A stretch of DNA of 64,000 nt from Mobula hypostoma (Eukaryota): NCBI RefSeq assembly GCF_963921235.1, contig NC_086097.1, positions 125,180,001-125,244,000 on the forward strand, given 5' to 3'. The notes below the pieces were generated by a model. The model was given only the letters and a program-made list of their open reading frames with translations, searched no databases and had not been told where the DNA came from. Below are positions 38,331 to 49,949 of this stretch, in pieces (the stretch's first letter is position 1; each line of letters begins with the position of its first letter). Both the position numbers and the translations under genes were made by a program.

Positions 38331-41218
38331 CAGTGGTATGCAAAAGTTTGGGTACCCCGGTCAAAATTTCTGTTACTGTGAATAGCTAAGTGAGTAAAAA
38401 ATGAACTGATTTCTGAAAGGCATAAAGTTAAAGATGACACATTTCTTTAATATTTTAAGCAAGAAAACATTTTTATTTCCATCTTTTACAGTTTCAAAAT
38501 AACAAAAAAGGAAAAGGGCCCGAAGCAAAAGTTTGGGCACCCTGCATGGCAGTACTTAGTAACACCCCCTTTGGTAAGCATCACAGCTTGTAAATACTTT
38601 CTGTAGCCAGCCAAGAGTCTTTCAATTCTTGTTTGGGGGATTTTCGCCCATTCTTCCTTGCAATAAACTTCTAGTTCTGTGAGATTCTTCGGGGCTGTCT
38701 TGCATGCACTGCTCTTTTGAGGTCTATCCACAGATTCTTGATGATGTTTAGGTCGGGGGACTGTGAGGGCCATGACAAAACCTTCAGCTTGCACCTCTTG
38801 AGGTAGTTCATTGTGGATTTTGAAGTGTGTTTAGGTTCATTATCCTGTTATAGAAGCCATCCTCTTTTCATCTTCGGCCTTTTTACAGATGGTGTGAAGT
38901 TTGCTTCCAGAATTTGCTGGTATTTAATTGAATTCATTCTTCCCACTACCAGTAAATGTTCCCTGTGCCACTGGCTACAGCACAAGCCCAAAGCATGACC
39001 GATCCCCACCTGTGCTTAACAGTTGGAGAGGTGTTCTTTTCATGAGATTCTGCGCCCTTTTTTCTCCAAGCATACCTTTGCTCATTGCGGCCGGAAGGTT
39101 CTATTCAAAAGGTTCAAAGGAACATCTAAACAAGCCTGATGCATTTTGGAAACAGGTCCTGTGGACTGATGAAGTTAAAATAGAACTTTTTGGCCGCAAT
39201 GAGCAAGGGTATGTCATGGTCCGGATCGGGGTCCCTTTAAGTTTACCTTGTTTATGTTATGATCTGGACCGTTGATTCCCTGTTTTCCCGTGTCCCTCGG
39301 CTTTGGTGATTAGAGGCAATTAACGCTCGGCTGAACCGGTAGTTTATAGTCTCCGGCTTTCAGCCGTTCGGCACAGGAGCGTCTGCAAAGTCATCAAAGG
39401 TACGGTGTGCCGATGTCATCTGGCCGGAGCAAGCCTAGTCTCTGCTGAAATGAGTGCCAGTAATTCGCCCTTCCTCACCGGAGCAACCCTGTCCAGTTAC
39501 CTCGCCGAAGCGAGCCTGCAAAGTTTCCTCATCAAGGTGGGTCCGTCAGTTAACCCGCCAGAGAGAATCAGGAGCCGCTGTCTACTGTTCCTGGGCTGAG
39601 TCTAGAGCTCGGCACTACCCAGAGGTTCCAAGCACCACGTCCTGGCTGCGGCGGCATCCAAGTACCACGTCCAAGTCCTGGCTCCGGCGGCATCCGAGTA
39701 CCACATCAAGTCCTCACCCTGACAGCATCTGAGTACCAATTCAAGTCCTAGTCCTGGCAGCATCCAAGTACCATGTCCAAGTCCTAGTCCTGGCCCTGGC
39801 GGCTTCCCAGTTCTGAGTCAAGTCCTGGCCCTGGTGGTCTGTGATTCCTGTCCTACCCCCCTGTCTGAATCCCTTCTCTGCCCCTCTTGCCTCTAGCCCT
39901 CGTCAGTAGCCCTCGCTTGCACCTCGGTCTAGTTCTATCGCTGGAGCTGGATAGGAACTGTGTTGTTCTTTGGTGTTTGTCTTGTCTTGTCCTCGCCTCC
40001 GTGGGGTAAGTCAGGCCATCTTGCAGTTGCTCCACAGGGGGTCTTGCCTTGTCTTGTCCTCACCTTCATGGGGTAAGTCAGGCCGTCTTGCCGTTGCTCC
40101 ACAGGGGGTCTTGCCTTGTCTTGTCCTCACCTCCATGGGGTAAGTCAGGCCATCTTGCCATTGCCCCGCGGGGGTCATGAGTCCCGACCCTATGTCCTGT
40201 ACCCAAGGAGGGGTCCCGGCTCTCTGTTCTGTGTGTGAGTCCCGGCCCTATGTCCTGTACCCAAGGAGGGGTCCCGGCTTTGTGTTCTGTGTATGTGTCC
40301 ATGGTTACGTGTACCTGCTCTCCTGAGACCGAGGCTGTGTCTTCCCATGTTCCTCCTCTCCCTAGCCCATGTCATGTCCTTGCCTGGTTCTGGGGTCTGA
40401 GCCAGAGGCAAGACCCAGGTACTGGGTCCTTGCCCAGTCTCTGGCTCGGAGTCCATACCCTAGCCTCTTCATGTCTCCTGTAGTTCTGGGATCCAATTCC
40501 GAGTCCCAGCCTGGTAGTAGTCCTGAGTCCTTGTCCAGTTTGCTATTCCTGCTCCTGCCTAGCTCTCCTGGTATCGAACAATAAACTAAATCTAACTAAC
40601 CTCACAAGATGTGTCTTGCATTTGGGTCCACCCTTGCTCCCAATCCACCCCCCCCCCCATTGTGACAGGGTATGTTTGGAGAAAAAAGGATGGCTTCTAC
40701 AACAGGATAATGAACCTAAACACACTTCAAATTCCACAATGGACTACCTCAAGAGGTGCAAGCTGAAGGTTTTGCCATGGCCCTCAGTCCCCTGACCTAA
40801 ACATCATCAAGAATCTGTGGATAGACCTCAAAAGAGCAGTGCATGCAAGACAGCCCCCAAGAATCTCACAGAACTAGAAGCCCTTTGCAAGGAAGAATGG
40901 GCGAAAGTCCCCCAAACAAAAATTGAAAGACTCTTGGCTGGCTACAGAAAGTGCTTACGAGCTGTGATACTTACCAAAGGTGGTATTACTAAGTACTGCC
41001 ATGCAGGGTGCCCAAATTTTTGCTTTGGGCCCTTTTTCTTTTTCATCATTTTGAAACTGTAAAAGATGGAAATAAAAAAGTTTTCTTGCTTAAAATATTA
41101 AAGAAATGTGTCACCTTTAACTTTATGCCTTTTGGAAATCAGTTCATCTTTTACTCACTTAGCTATTCACAGTGACAGAAATTTTGACCAACGGTGCCCA
41201 AACTTTTGTATACAACTG
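38331..41218. mobile_element. Fold-back Tc1-family element (two inverted transposase 3' halves) with an inserted solo LTR
   Basis: TIRs CAGTGGTATGCAAAAGTTTGGG / CCCAAACTTTTGTATACAACTG followed by TA. The C-terminal peptide [16 protein letters not shown]...ERLLAGYRK is encoded on - at 38486-38794 and on + at 40817-41062. Also FWKQVLWTDEVKIELFG. Confidence 0.9.
39212..40667 (+). mobile_element. Solo LTR (1456 bp) with GGGTA target-site duplication
   Basis: TGTCA...TGACA termini; GGGTA at 39207-39211 and 40668-40672. The Tc1 frame GRNEQ|GYVWRKK rejoins across it. Contains internal tandem repeats, with AATAAA near the 3' end. Confidence 0.9.
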
Positions 41219-41380
41219 TAGAAAAATAAATAAATCAATTACAAAAAAAGGCAAATTAATTAAGTAAATACATAAATACATAATTACATAAATAAATTAA
41301 ATAAAGTCAATTCAATTCAATATACATGTATATAAAATAGTTAAATTAAAAATAGTGCAAAAACAGAAAAAAAAGTGAGG

Positions 41381-43688
41381 AACACACATCAAAGTTGCTG
41401 GTGAACGCAGCAGGCCAGGCAGCATCTATAGGAAGAGGCGCAGTCGACGTTTCAGGCCGAGACCCTTCGTCAGGACTAACTGAAGGAAGAGTGAGTAAGG
41501 GATTTGAAAGCTGGAGGGGGAGGGGGAGATGCAAAATGATAGGAGAAGACAGGAGGGGGAGGGATAGAGCCGAGAGCTGGACAGGTGATAGGCAAAAGGG
41601 GATACGAGAGGATCATGGGACAGGAGGTCCGGGAAGAAAGACGGGGGGGGGGTGACCCAGAGGATGGGCAAGAGGTATATTCAGAGGGAGAAAAAGGAGA
41701 GTGAGAGAAAGAATGTGTGCATAAAAATGAGTAACAGCTGGGGTACGAGGGGGAGGTGGGGCCTAGCGGAAGTTAGAGAAGTCAATGTTCATGCCATCAA
41801 GTTGGAGGCTACCCAGACGGAATATAAGGTGTTGTTCCTCCAACCTGAGTGTGGCCTCATCTTTACAGTAGAGGAGGCCGTGGATAGACATGTCAGAATG
41901 GGAATGGGATGTGGAATTAAAATGTGTGGCCACTGGGAGATCCTGCTTTCTCTGGCGGACAGAGCGTAGATGTTCAGCAAAGCGGTCTCCCAGTCTGCGT
42001 CGGGTCTCACCAATATATAAAAGGCCACATCGGGAGCACCGGACGCAGTATATCACCCCAGTCGACTCACAGGTGAAGTGATGCCTCACCTGGAAGGACT
42101 GTTTGGGGCCCTGAATGGTGGTAAGGGAGGAAGTGTAAGGGCATGTGTAGCACTTGTTCCGCTTACACGGATAAGTGCCAGGAGGGAAATCAGTGGGGAG
42201 GGATGGGGGGGACGAATGGACAAGGGAGTTGTGTAGGGAGCGATCCCTGCGGAATGCAGAGAGAGTGGGGGAGGGAAAGATGTGCTTAGTGGTGGGATCC
42301 CGTTGGAGGTGGCGGAAGTTACGGAGAATAATATGTTGGACCCGGAGGCTGGTGGGGTGGTAGGTGAGGACCAGGGGAACCCTATTCCTAGTGGGGTGGT
42401 GGGAGGATGGAGTGAGAGCAGATGTACGTGAAATGGGGGAGATGCGTTTAAGAGCAGAGTTGATAGTGGAGGAAGGGAAGCCCCTTTCTTTAAAAAATGA
42501 AGACATCTCCCTCGTCCTAGAATGAAAAGCCTCATCCTGAGAGCAGGTGCGGCGGAGACGGAGGAATTGCGAGAAGGGGATGGCATTTTTGCAAGAGACA
42601 GGGTGAGAAGAGGAATAGTCCAGATAGCTGTGAGAGTCAGTAGGCTTATAGTAGACATCAGTGGATAAGCTGTCTCCAGAGACACAGACAGAAAGATCTA
42701 GAAAGGGGAGGGAGGTGTCGGAAATGGACCAGGTAAACTTGAGGGCAGGGTGAAAGTTGGAGGCAAAGTTAATAAAGTCAACGAGTTCTGCATGCGTGCA
42801 GGAAGCAGCGCCAATGCAGTCGTCGATGTAGCGAAGGAAAAGTGGGGGACAGATACCAGAACAGGCACGGAACATAGATTGTTCCACAAACCCAACAAAA
42901 AGGCAGGCATAGCTAGGACCCATATGGGTGCCCATAGCTACACCTTTAGTTTGGAGGAAATGGGAGGAGCAAAAGGAGAAATTATTAAGAGTAAGGACTT
43001 ATTCCGCTAGATGGAGCAGAGTGGTGGTAGAGGGGAACTGATTAGGTCTGGAATCCAAAAAGAAGCGTAGAGCTTTGAGACCTTCCTGATGGGGGATGGA
43101 AGTATATAAGGACTGGACATCCATGGTGAAAATAAAGCGGTGGGGGCCAGGGAACTTAAAATCATCGAAAAGTTTAAGAGCGTGAGAAGTGTCACGAACA
43201 TAGGTCGGAAGGGATTGAACAAGGGGTGATAAAACAGTGTCGAGGTATGCAGAAACGAGTTCGGTGGGGCAGGAGCAAGCTGAGACAATAGGTCGGCCAG
43301 GACAGGCAGGTTTGTGGATCTTGGGTAGGAGGTAGAAACGGGAAGTGCGGGGTGTGGGAACTATAACGTTGGTAGCAGTGGATGGGAGATCCCCTGAGCG
43401 GATAAAGTCGTTGATAGTGTGGGAGACAATGGCCTGGTGCTCCTTAGTGGGGTCACGATCGAGGGGTAAATAAGAGGAGGTATCCGCGAGTTGTCGCTGT
43501 GCCTCGGCAAGGTAGAGGTCAGTACGCCAGACTACAACAGCACCCCCTTTATCAGCGGGTTTAATAATAATGTTAGGATTAGTGCGGAGGGAGTGGCGAG
43601 CAGAGCGTTCCGAAGGAGTGAGGTTGGAATGGGGACAAGGTGCGGTGAAGTCGAGACGGTTGATGTCCCGTCGGCAGTTGGCAATAAA
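41381..43688 (-). mobile_element. Penelope-like retroelement (Neptune type), 5'-truncated, near-intact RT plus GIY-YIG
   Basis: Hand translation of 43688-41763 is open for 642 codons except one TAA at 43001-42999. Motifs: IIIKPADKGGAVVV, FYLLPKIHK, MDVQSLYTSIP, GVAMGTHMGPSYA, LRYIDD, Cys linker PCKRNKCYTC, and VIYCVRCSRCGLLYIGET (GIY-YIG). Confidence 0.95.
41441..41478 (-). ncRNA. Minimal type I hammerhead ribozyme motif in the Penelope 3' repeat
   Basis: Minus strand reads UAGUC-CUGACGA-AGGGUCUCGGCCU-GAAA-CGUC-GACUG: stem I UAGUC/GACUG, core CUGANGA and GAAA, a stem II hairpin, a GUC cleavage triplet and a loopless palindromic stem III (ACGU). Confidence 0.75.
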
Positions 43689-44108
43689 ATGAGGTACTGT
43701 TTATGGGTTCAATGAACATTTAGAGATCGGATGACAGGGGAAGAAGTCTAGGCATAAGAACATTACCCTCCCTCTGTCAAATACAGAAATTCTTTTTTAT
43801 ATCTACTAAACAATGCCGTACAAGCTATGACCTTAACCAAACTGCATTGGAGGCTAGAGTCAAAAGGGTTTGTTCAATACCCTAGCACTTTCCTCAATCT
43901 TTCCCACTGTATTACTGCACATAACCTCCAGTGATCTTCCTTCTGTCATGGTGCTAACCTTTAAGATAAATGTAAAACTGTTCAGCCAGTCACTTCTACA
44001 CTGAGGCCAATGGTACTGAGAGGGAAGGTGTTTTTAATCAACATAATGATATTATTAAGTAACTGGCATCCAAGAGTATGCCAGTTTCAGTGAATTAAGC
44101 CAAACATA

Positions 44109-44611
44109 TACTCAGCGGCCACCTTATTAGATATACCTGTACATCTGCTCGTTCATGCAAATATCTAATCAGTCAATCATGTGGCAGCAACTCAATGCAT
44201 GAAAGCATACAGACATGATCAAGAGATTTAGTTGTTGTTCAGACCAAACAGCAGAATTGGGAAGAAATATGACCTAAGTGTCTTTGACCGTGGAATGACT
44301 GTTGGTGCCAGACAGGGTGGTTTGAGTATCTCTGAAACTGCTGATCTCCTGGGATTTCCATGCACAGCAGTCTCTGGGGTTTACAGAGAATGGTGCGAAA
44401 AACAAAAAACGTCTAGTGAGCGGCAGATCTGCGGCTGAAAACGTCTTGTTAATGAGGGAGGTCAGAAGAGAATGGCTTTATTGGTTCAAGGTGACAGTAA
44501 CTCAAATAAACACGCGTTACGACAGTGGTGCACAGAAGTCCATCTCTGAATGTGCAGCAGAAGACGACACTGGGTTCCATTCCTGTACCTAATGAAGTGG
44601 CCATTGAATGT
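44109..44611 (+). mobile_element. Non-autonomous Tc1-like element, copy 4
   Basis: tactcagcggccaccttattag...ctaatgaagtggccattgaatgta; GKKYDLSVFDRGMTVGARQGGLSISETADLLGF. Confidence 0.85.
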
Positions 44612-45148
44612 ATTTGATCTGTGTTTAACTTTGATATATTGTACAACAGATGGTTTTACTTAATCTTATTTCTATAGTTAGCAATCAAGTATAATTTTAT
44701 TAATTAGTGATGATGGATCTGAAACTACCAGGCTACAAGTATCTAACTCTTTCATGGAGTGGTGCTGTAGGAGACTTCACATCTTTTTTTTAAGTTCTAC
44801 GTTTGCACACTCATTACCAGCTTTTGGTCATTCTGAGAAATGACTGCAATTGTGTTTATCTGGGTAGTTTGGCTCCTCGTTTTGGAGTCATAAGTTTCCC
44901 CTGAAGAACTTTGATGAACTTGTGGATTTTTATGGCACCCTGGCAGCTTCCATGGTAATCTTGCTTCATTTGATGCCAGCCTCTAAGTTACTAAGTTTAT
45001 TGAATTTAGTTTCACACCTTTCTGTTTGAAACTCTGATTGACCATTGATCCTGGTCTATTACTATGGCCACTGATCTGTCATTTTCCTTCTGATATCTGC
45101 TCGAGTCAGCACCAAACAGTAACCAGATTGATTCTCTTCCTTTGGCAG

Positions 45149-45338
45149 CAGCAAGCGCCTGGTGGTAGTACTACAGAATGACTCAAACTTCCATCCCAGA
45201 CGTGCCTATACCAGTGAAGATGAGGCCTGGAAGTCATATCTTGAAAACCCTTTGACAGCTGCCACAAAAGCGATGATGAGCATTAATGGTGATGAAGATA
45301 GTGCTGCTGCCTTAGGATTACTTTATGACTACTACAAG
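45149..45338 (+). CDS. grhl2: grhl2 coding exon 2
   Basis: Polypyrimidine tract plus cag at 45146-45148. Encodes [63 protein letters not shown], the conserved GRHL N-terminal block. Donor gt at 45339. 20+190 nt gives phase 0. An alternative start at 45152 is possible (NAGNAG). Confidence 0.96.
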
Positions 45339-45437
45339 GTTTGCCAGCTTCATACTAGATGGTGTTCTCCATCCAGTCTGCTCTTCTGAATCCAAGCGGC
45401 TGATATTGTTATATTTGGATTTTGTTGTATCTTTTAG

Positions 45438-45505
45438 GTCCCCAGGGAAAAAAGACTGATGCCACTTGGTAAAGTAGCTGATACACAAGATGATCAAGAG
45501 AAAAG
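45438..45505 (+). CDS. grhl2: grhl2 coding exon 3
   Basis: cttttag|GTC...AAAAG|gtacat, 68 nt, encoding VPREKRLMPLGKVADTQDDQEK-R (recalled human GRHL2 [23 protein letters not shown]). Preceded by a 99-nt intron. Confidence 0.93.
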
Positions 45506-45544
45506 GTACATTTGTTACTTTAGTAGTCTTTTAGTAAAATGCTA

Positions 45545-45930
45545 AACACAAGAGATTGCACAGATGCTGGAAATCCAGAGTGGCACACACGAAATGCACC
45601 TGCCCATCTTCTCCCTCTGGTGCCTCTCCTCCTCCTTTTCCTCCCATGGTCTTTTCTCCTCTCCTATCAGATTCTTTCTTCAGTCCTTTACCTGTTCTAT
45701 CTATCACCTCCCACCTTCTTACTTCAATCCCCTCTTCTCCCTTACCTGGTTTCACCTACCACCTGTCAGCTTATTCTACCTCTGCTCCCCCCACTTTCTT
45801 ATTCTGGTCTCTTCCTCTTCCCTGTCCTATCCTGATGAAGGGTCTCAGCCTCAAATCGTCGACTGTTAATTCCTCTCTGTCGCTGCTGTCTGACCTGCTG
45901 AGTTCCTCCAGCATTTGGTGTGTGTTGTTT
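45545..45930 (+). mobile_element. Penelope-like 3' fragment with a short inverted terminal piece, 40 bp downstream of exon 3
   Basis: An inverted terminus (cacaagagattgcacagatgctggaaatcc), then the sense 3' UTR with ctgatgaagggtctcagcc. Confidence 0.8.
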
Positions 45931-48049
45931 TGCTAAATGGTGACTGTGTGTATAGGATTGATAACTAAAGTAGTTGTATTAGTGAAAGCGGTGGTGCTTA
46001 CCATTATTGAAAGGGCTGATTTACCAGGCATGTAATTACTGCAAAGTTATCAGAACCTGTGCAAGAAAGGTTCCTTGCCCGCTGCCAAGAACTTAGCTTG
46101 GTCTCATCAGTGGATATGCCTCTGTTTTCGGCACATGGTCCTCTTCATCAAACAACAGCAACCTGTGGAACAGAAAAAGGCCACTTGATCTCTTTGGGAA
46201 GAGTTGTCCTTTAAACCCACCTGCCTACATTTTTATTTGGTAACCATGGAAGTAAATATATTCATGCAATAAAGATTACAGCAAGGGTTCTGGATGATCT
46301 CACATTTATGGAGTGTAGAAAATTGGACAACGGCCAGCATTAGAGTTTGAATAGGGCATAATTTAGGAAAATTCAGTCAAAGCTGAGGGAAAAGACAAAC
46401 ATAGAATGATGCAAAGTGTTTTAAATACACATACAGTGCAATGAGAGACCAAGGTCATAGCAGCACAGAAACCAGTCCTTGGGCCCATCAGGTCCAGGCT
46501 GACTATCACCTGATTTACCAGCATTTGGTCCATACTTGGTGAATCAGTGGTGTGATACTTTTTAAATGTTGTGAGATTACCTGTGTTCATCACCTTCTCG
46601 GGCAGTGCATTCCAAAATCTAATCACCCTCAAGGTGAAAAAAAATTATCTTGTTCTTATGGGAGATGGCTAATGTAATGTCCAAAGTAATCATATGATTA
46701 ATGTACTGTAGATATGTTGTCAGGAGTCAACACTTTCAGTCAACACTGAATGTTTTTAGCTTGCCTATGATTAAAAAAATAAATCTTCAATTGATTTGAG
46801 CTGAAATTGTTACTGGCAACAGTACTAATAGCAGCCATAATAAGTGTGGGTAATGTAAAATAAAATTATTTCTGCAATTGATGCAATTCAGACATGCTGC
46901 TGGAAGAATTAACACAACTGCTCAAGTGATCAGATCTCCAGCATCTGCAGTTATTGTTTTTTTTCCCTAAACTGCTAAGTATTTTTCATTTAGATGAAGT
47001 GACTAAGACATCCACTTTTTTCGAAGATCCCTTTCCCCAGTGTCTGTGTCTGCGCACTGTGTGGCCCTGAACTGTTCAACTACAGAGCCATCAGCACCTG
47101 ATGGAAGAGTCGCAAGTGAGAAAGGCGTGTGTTATGTTGTCCATTACTGCAAGGGGAATAAAGAGCAAGAGTGGAGATGTCTGAAATAAGAACAAAATGC
47201 TGAAGTACTTAGCCAGTTAGCATCCGTGGGGAATAAAAAACAGTTAACATTTCAGTTAAAAGTCTATTCATCAGATCCTGATCAGTGAAGGTGTGTTATT
47301 CTTTTAAGGAGGGCCTTGATGAGACTACACTTGGAGTGTTGTGTACAGTTGTTGTTTTCTCACCTAAAAAGGATGGACAGTAGGTCTGCAGCAGAGAGTC
47401 ACCACATCAGTACTGGTGTGTAGAATATTACAGCTCAGTATAGGCCCTCAGCCCACTTTGTTGTGCCAATCTATTAACCTACTGCAAGATCAGTCTAACT
47501 CTTCCCTCCTACATAACTTGTGATTTTTTTTTATCATTCATCTGCCTATCTAAGGGTTACTTAAATGTCCCTAATGTGTTTTGTCTCTATCACCACCCCT
47601 GGCAGGGCATCCGTGCACTGACCACTTCCTGTGCAAAGAACTTGTCTCTAACATCCCCCCCCCCCGCCCCATACTTTCCTACAATCACCTTAAAATTATG
47701 CCCCCTTGTATGAGCCATTTCTGCCTGGGGTGGGGGGGGGGGGTGGGGAAGGACTTTGGCTATCCCTTCGATCTACTTATACTTCTTTTCATCTTGTCAA
47801 CCTCTGTCAAGTAACCTTTCATCTTCCTTCACTCAAAGGAGAAAAGCTTTAGCTCACTAAACTTATCCTCATAAGGCGCACCCTCTAGTCCAGGCAGCAT
47901 CCTGGTAAATCTGTTCTTCCAAGGAGGGTGATTCCCTGGATAAAATCTAGAACTAGAGTTGGCAACTGCAATATAATGGACAAGACATTTTTGATTCGTT
48001 CAGAGGTGGCAGTTCTCTGGAAAATTAGCTATGAATTTATTGAAAATTG

Positions 48050-49375
48050 GGGAATGGCCTACTGTAGTTCCTATTACACAGACTAGTGATTTACACTTGC
48101 CAGTTATCAACCAGTGCAATCTCTGGTTTACATTTAACAGAGTCTCATTATCGATCTCAATGATCAGCAGATGGTAATGTCCAACTTGGAAGTTGATAAA
48201 AGACCTTTGTTTTGTAGATATTGAGTTACAAGGTCCGTTCAGTGACCAAGCTGACAAGCCTGAACTCGATCTTTGAATGTGCACGTACACAAGCATCATC
48301 TGCATTTTGCAGTTTCGGGGACAAGGTTTCAGGCCATCCTTGCAGGAAGGTAGAAAGGGGTTCTGGTTATTCTTTTCCTTGTGTGACCTGGATTCAAGGC
48401 CAGTTGTTGCAAATGACTATGACTTCTGAAAGTCCCAAAGGGACTAATGGTGGTTGAAGCTAGAAGATATTTGTCTCAGGTGAGGTAGGATGAAGTGGAC
48501 TAGGAGGTGATACTGGTTTCCATTCCTGACTAAGCAGACTTCATGCAATAGCAAATGCTCGTCCTACATTTGGAATGGTCACAGGCTTGGAATTCGTAGA
48601 ATTCAATCAGGATGAAACATTTGTTCCTTTGGGAATAACTTTGAATTGAGATGACACTTGTGGGCTGCACCCCAGCTCAGCTTTGGTGTGCTGATTGTGA
48701 ACACAAATGACACGTTTCACTATCTGTTTTGATGTACACATGATAAACTTGAATCTTGAATTGTGACACACTGGCAATCTCTAGACATGATGGAGCTTGG
48801 AGCAGAGTGTTTATTTCAGGAGTCTCATGTGAATGATGTAGCCCGACCAACGGAGCTGACCGAGTTTAATTAGGACAATGGTGCCAAAGGTTGGACATTA
48901 GTATTGGTTTGCTTATCTTGCCAGTAGATGTGAAGGACTTTGCAGAAACAAGATTGTTGGTCCTCTTCAGTACATTGGTATGTGCTGCAGGTATCTCTTT
49001 CCCCAGGAAGTCAGGGGTTTCAGGAGTTACTGTGGCTCAGTAGGTCATGAGCTTTGTGCCAGGTTTGCAAACATGTTTTACCTCCTGTAGCCAAAGTCGG
49101 TCCCAGGGCAATCAAGATGATGGGGAACTTCACAGTCACTGAAAGATAGCTCTTGACTTTCGGAAGTAATTTACACGTTCCTGAATCTTATTATGGATTT
49201 TTAGGATGAGTAGATGGTAATGTCCAATGTGGAGGTCGATAGAGGACCTTTGTTTTGTACAAGTTGTGTACAAGGTCCATTCTCTGAACCGCATCAGTGA
49301 CCAAACCAGCAAGTTTGGAACTCAGTCTCTGAACATGCATGTACACAAGCATCAAATACATTTTGCAGTCTGATG
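48050..49375 (-). mobile_element. Two RTE-clade LINE RT fragments (~48050-48340 and ~48900-49375)
   Basis: Two diverged copies of the same block, reading on - as LQ(N)ADDAC..H / KTKVLY.PP...I.IDNETL, typical of RTE RT. Confidence 0.6.
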
Positions 49376-49949
49376 GTGATAAACACAATGACCATAGACC
49401 ATAAGATTTGGCCCATTGACTCTGCTCTACCATTCCATCATGTCTGATTTATTAACCCTCTCAACCCCATTGTCCTGCCTCCTTCCCGGCACCTTTGATG
49501 CCCTTACTAGTCAAGAAACTTTCAAACCCCACTTTAAGTATACCCAATGACTCCACAGCCTCCTTGGGCAAAGAATTGCACACATTCACCATCGTTGGTC
49601 TCAGAGAGGCAGTGTCTTTGGTTGACCAATTTTCCAGTTATCGTAAAACTTAGCACCATTACAGGAGGAAGATTGCTGATGATAAGCAGTAATACAGTGT
49701 GAAAGATTGAGGGAAGTGCTGGGGTATTGAACTAGCCTTTTTGGCACTAGCCTCCAATTACATTTGATCTGATGTGGACCTGTTGGTTAACTGGTTGTAT
49801 GGTTTGAATGTCAGAATAGGAGCTGATGTCTTTATATCATTATTTTTGCATTGTTATTCCTGGCAGAATGAAGCATCAGATGGTAGATGAGTTTTCTGAA
49901 GTAATTTTTCATCGAATGTCAGAATATCAGAGGATTGCTTGTAGGATTG

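Noticed and set aside
48170..49370. Local segmental duplication or duplicated exon
   Set aside because: Both copies read as diverged RTE reverse-transcriptase fragments on the minus strand.
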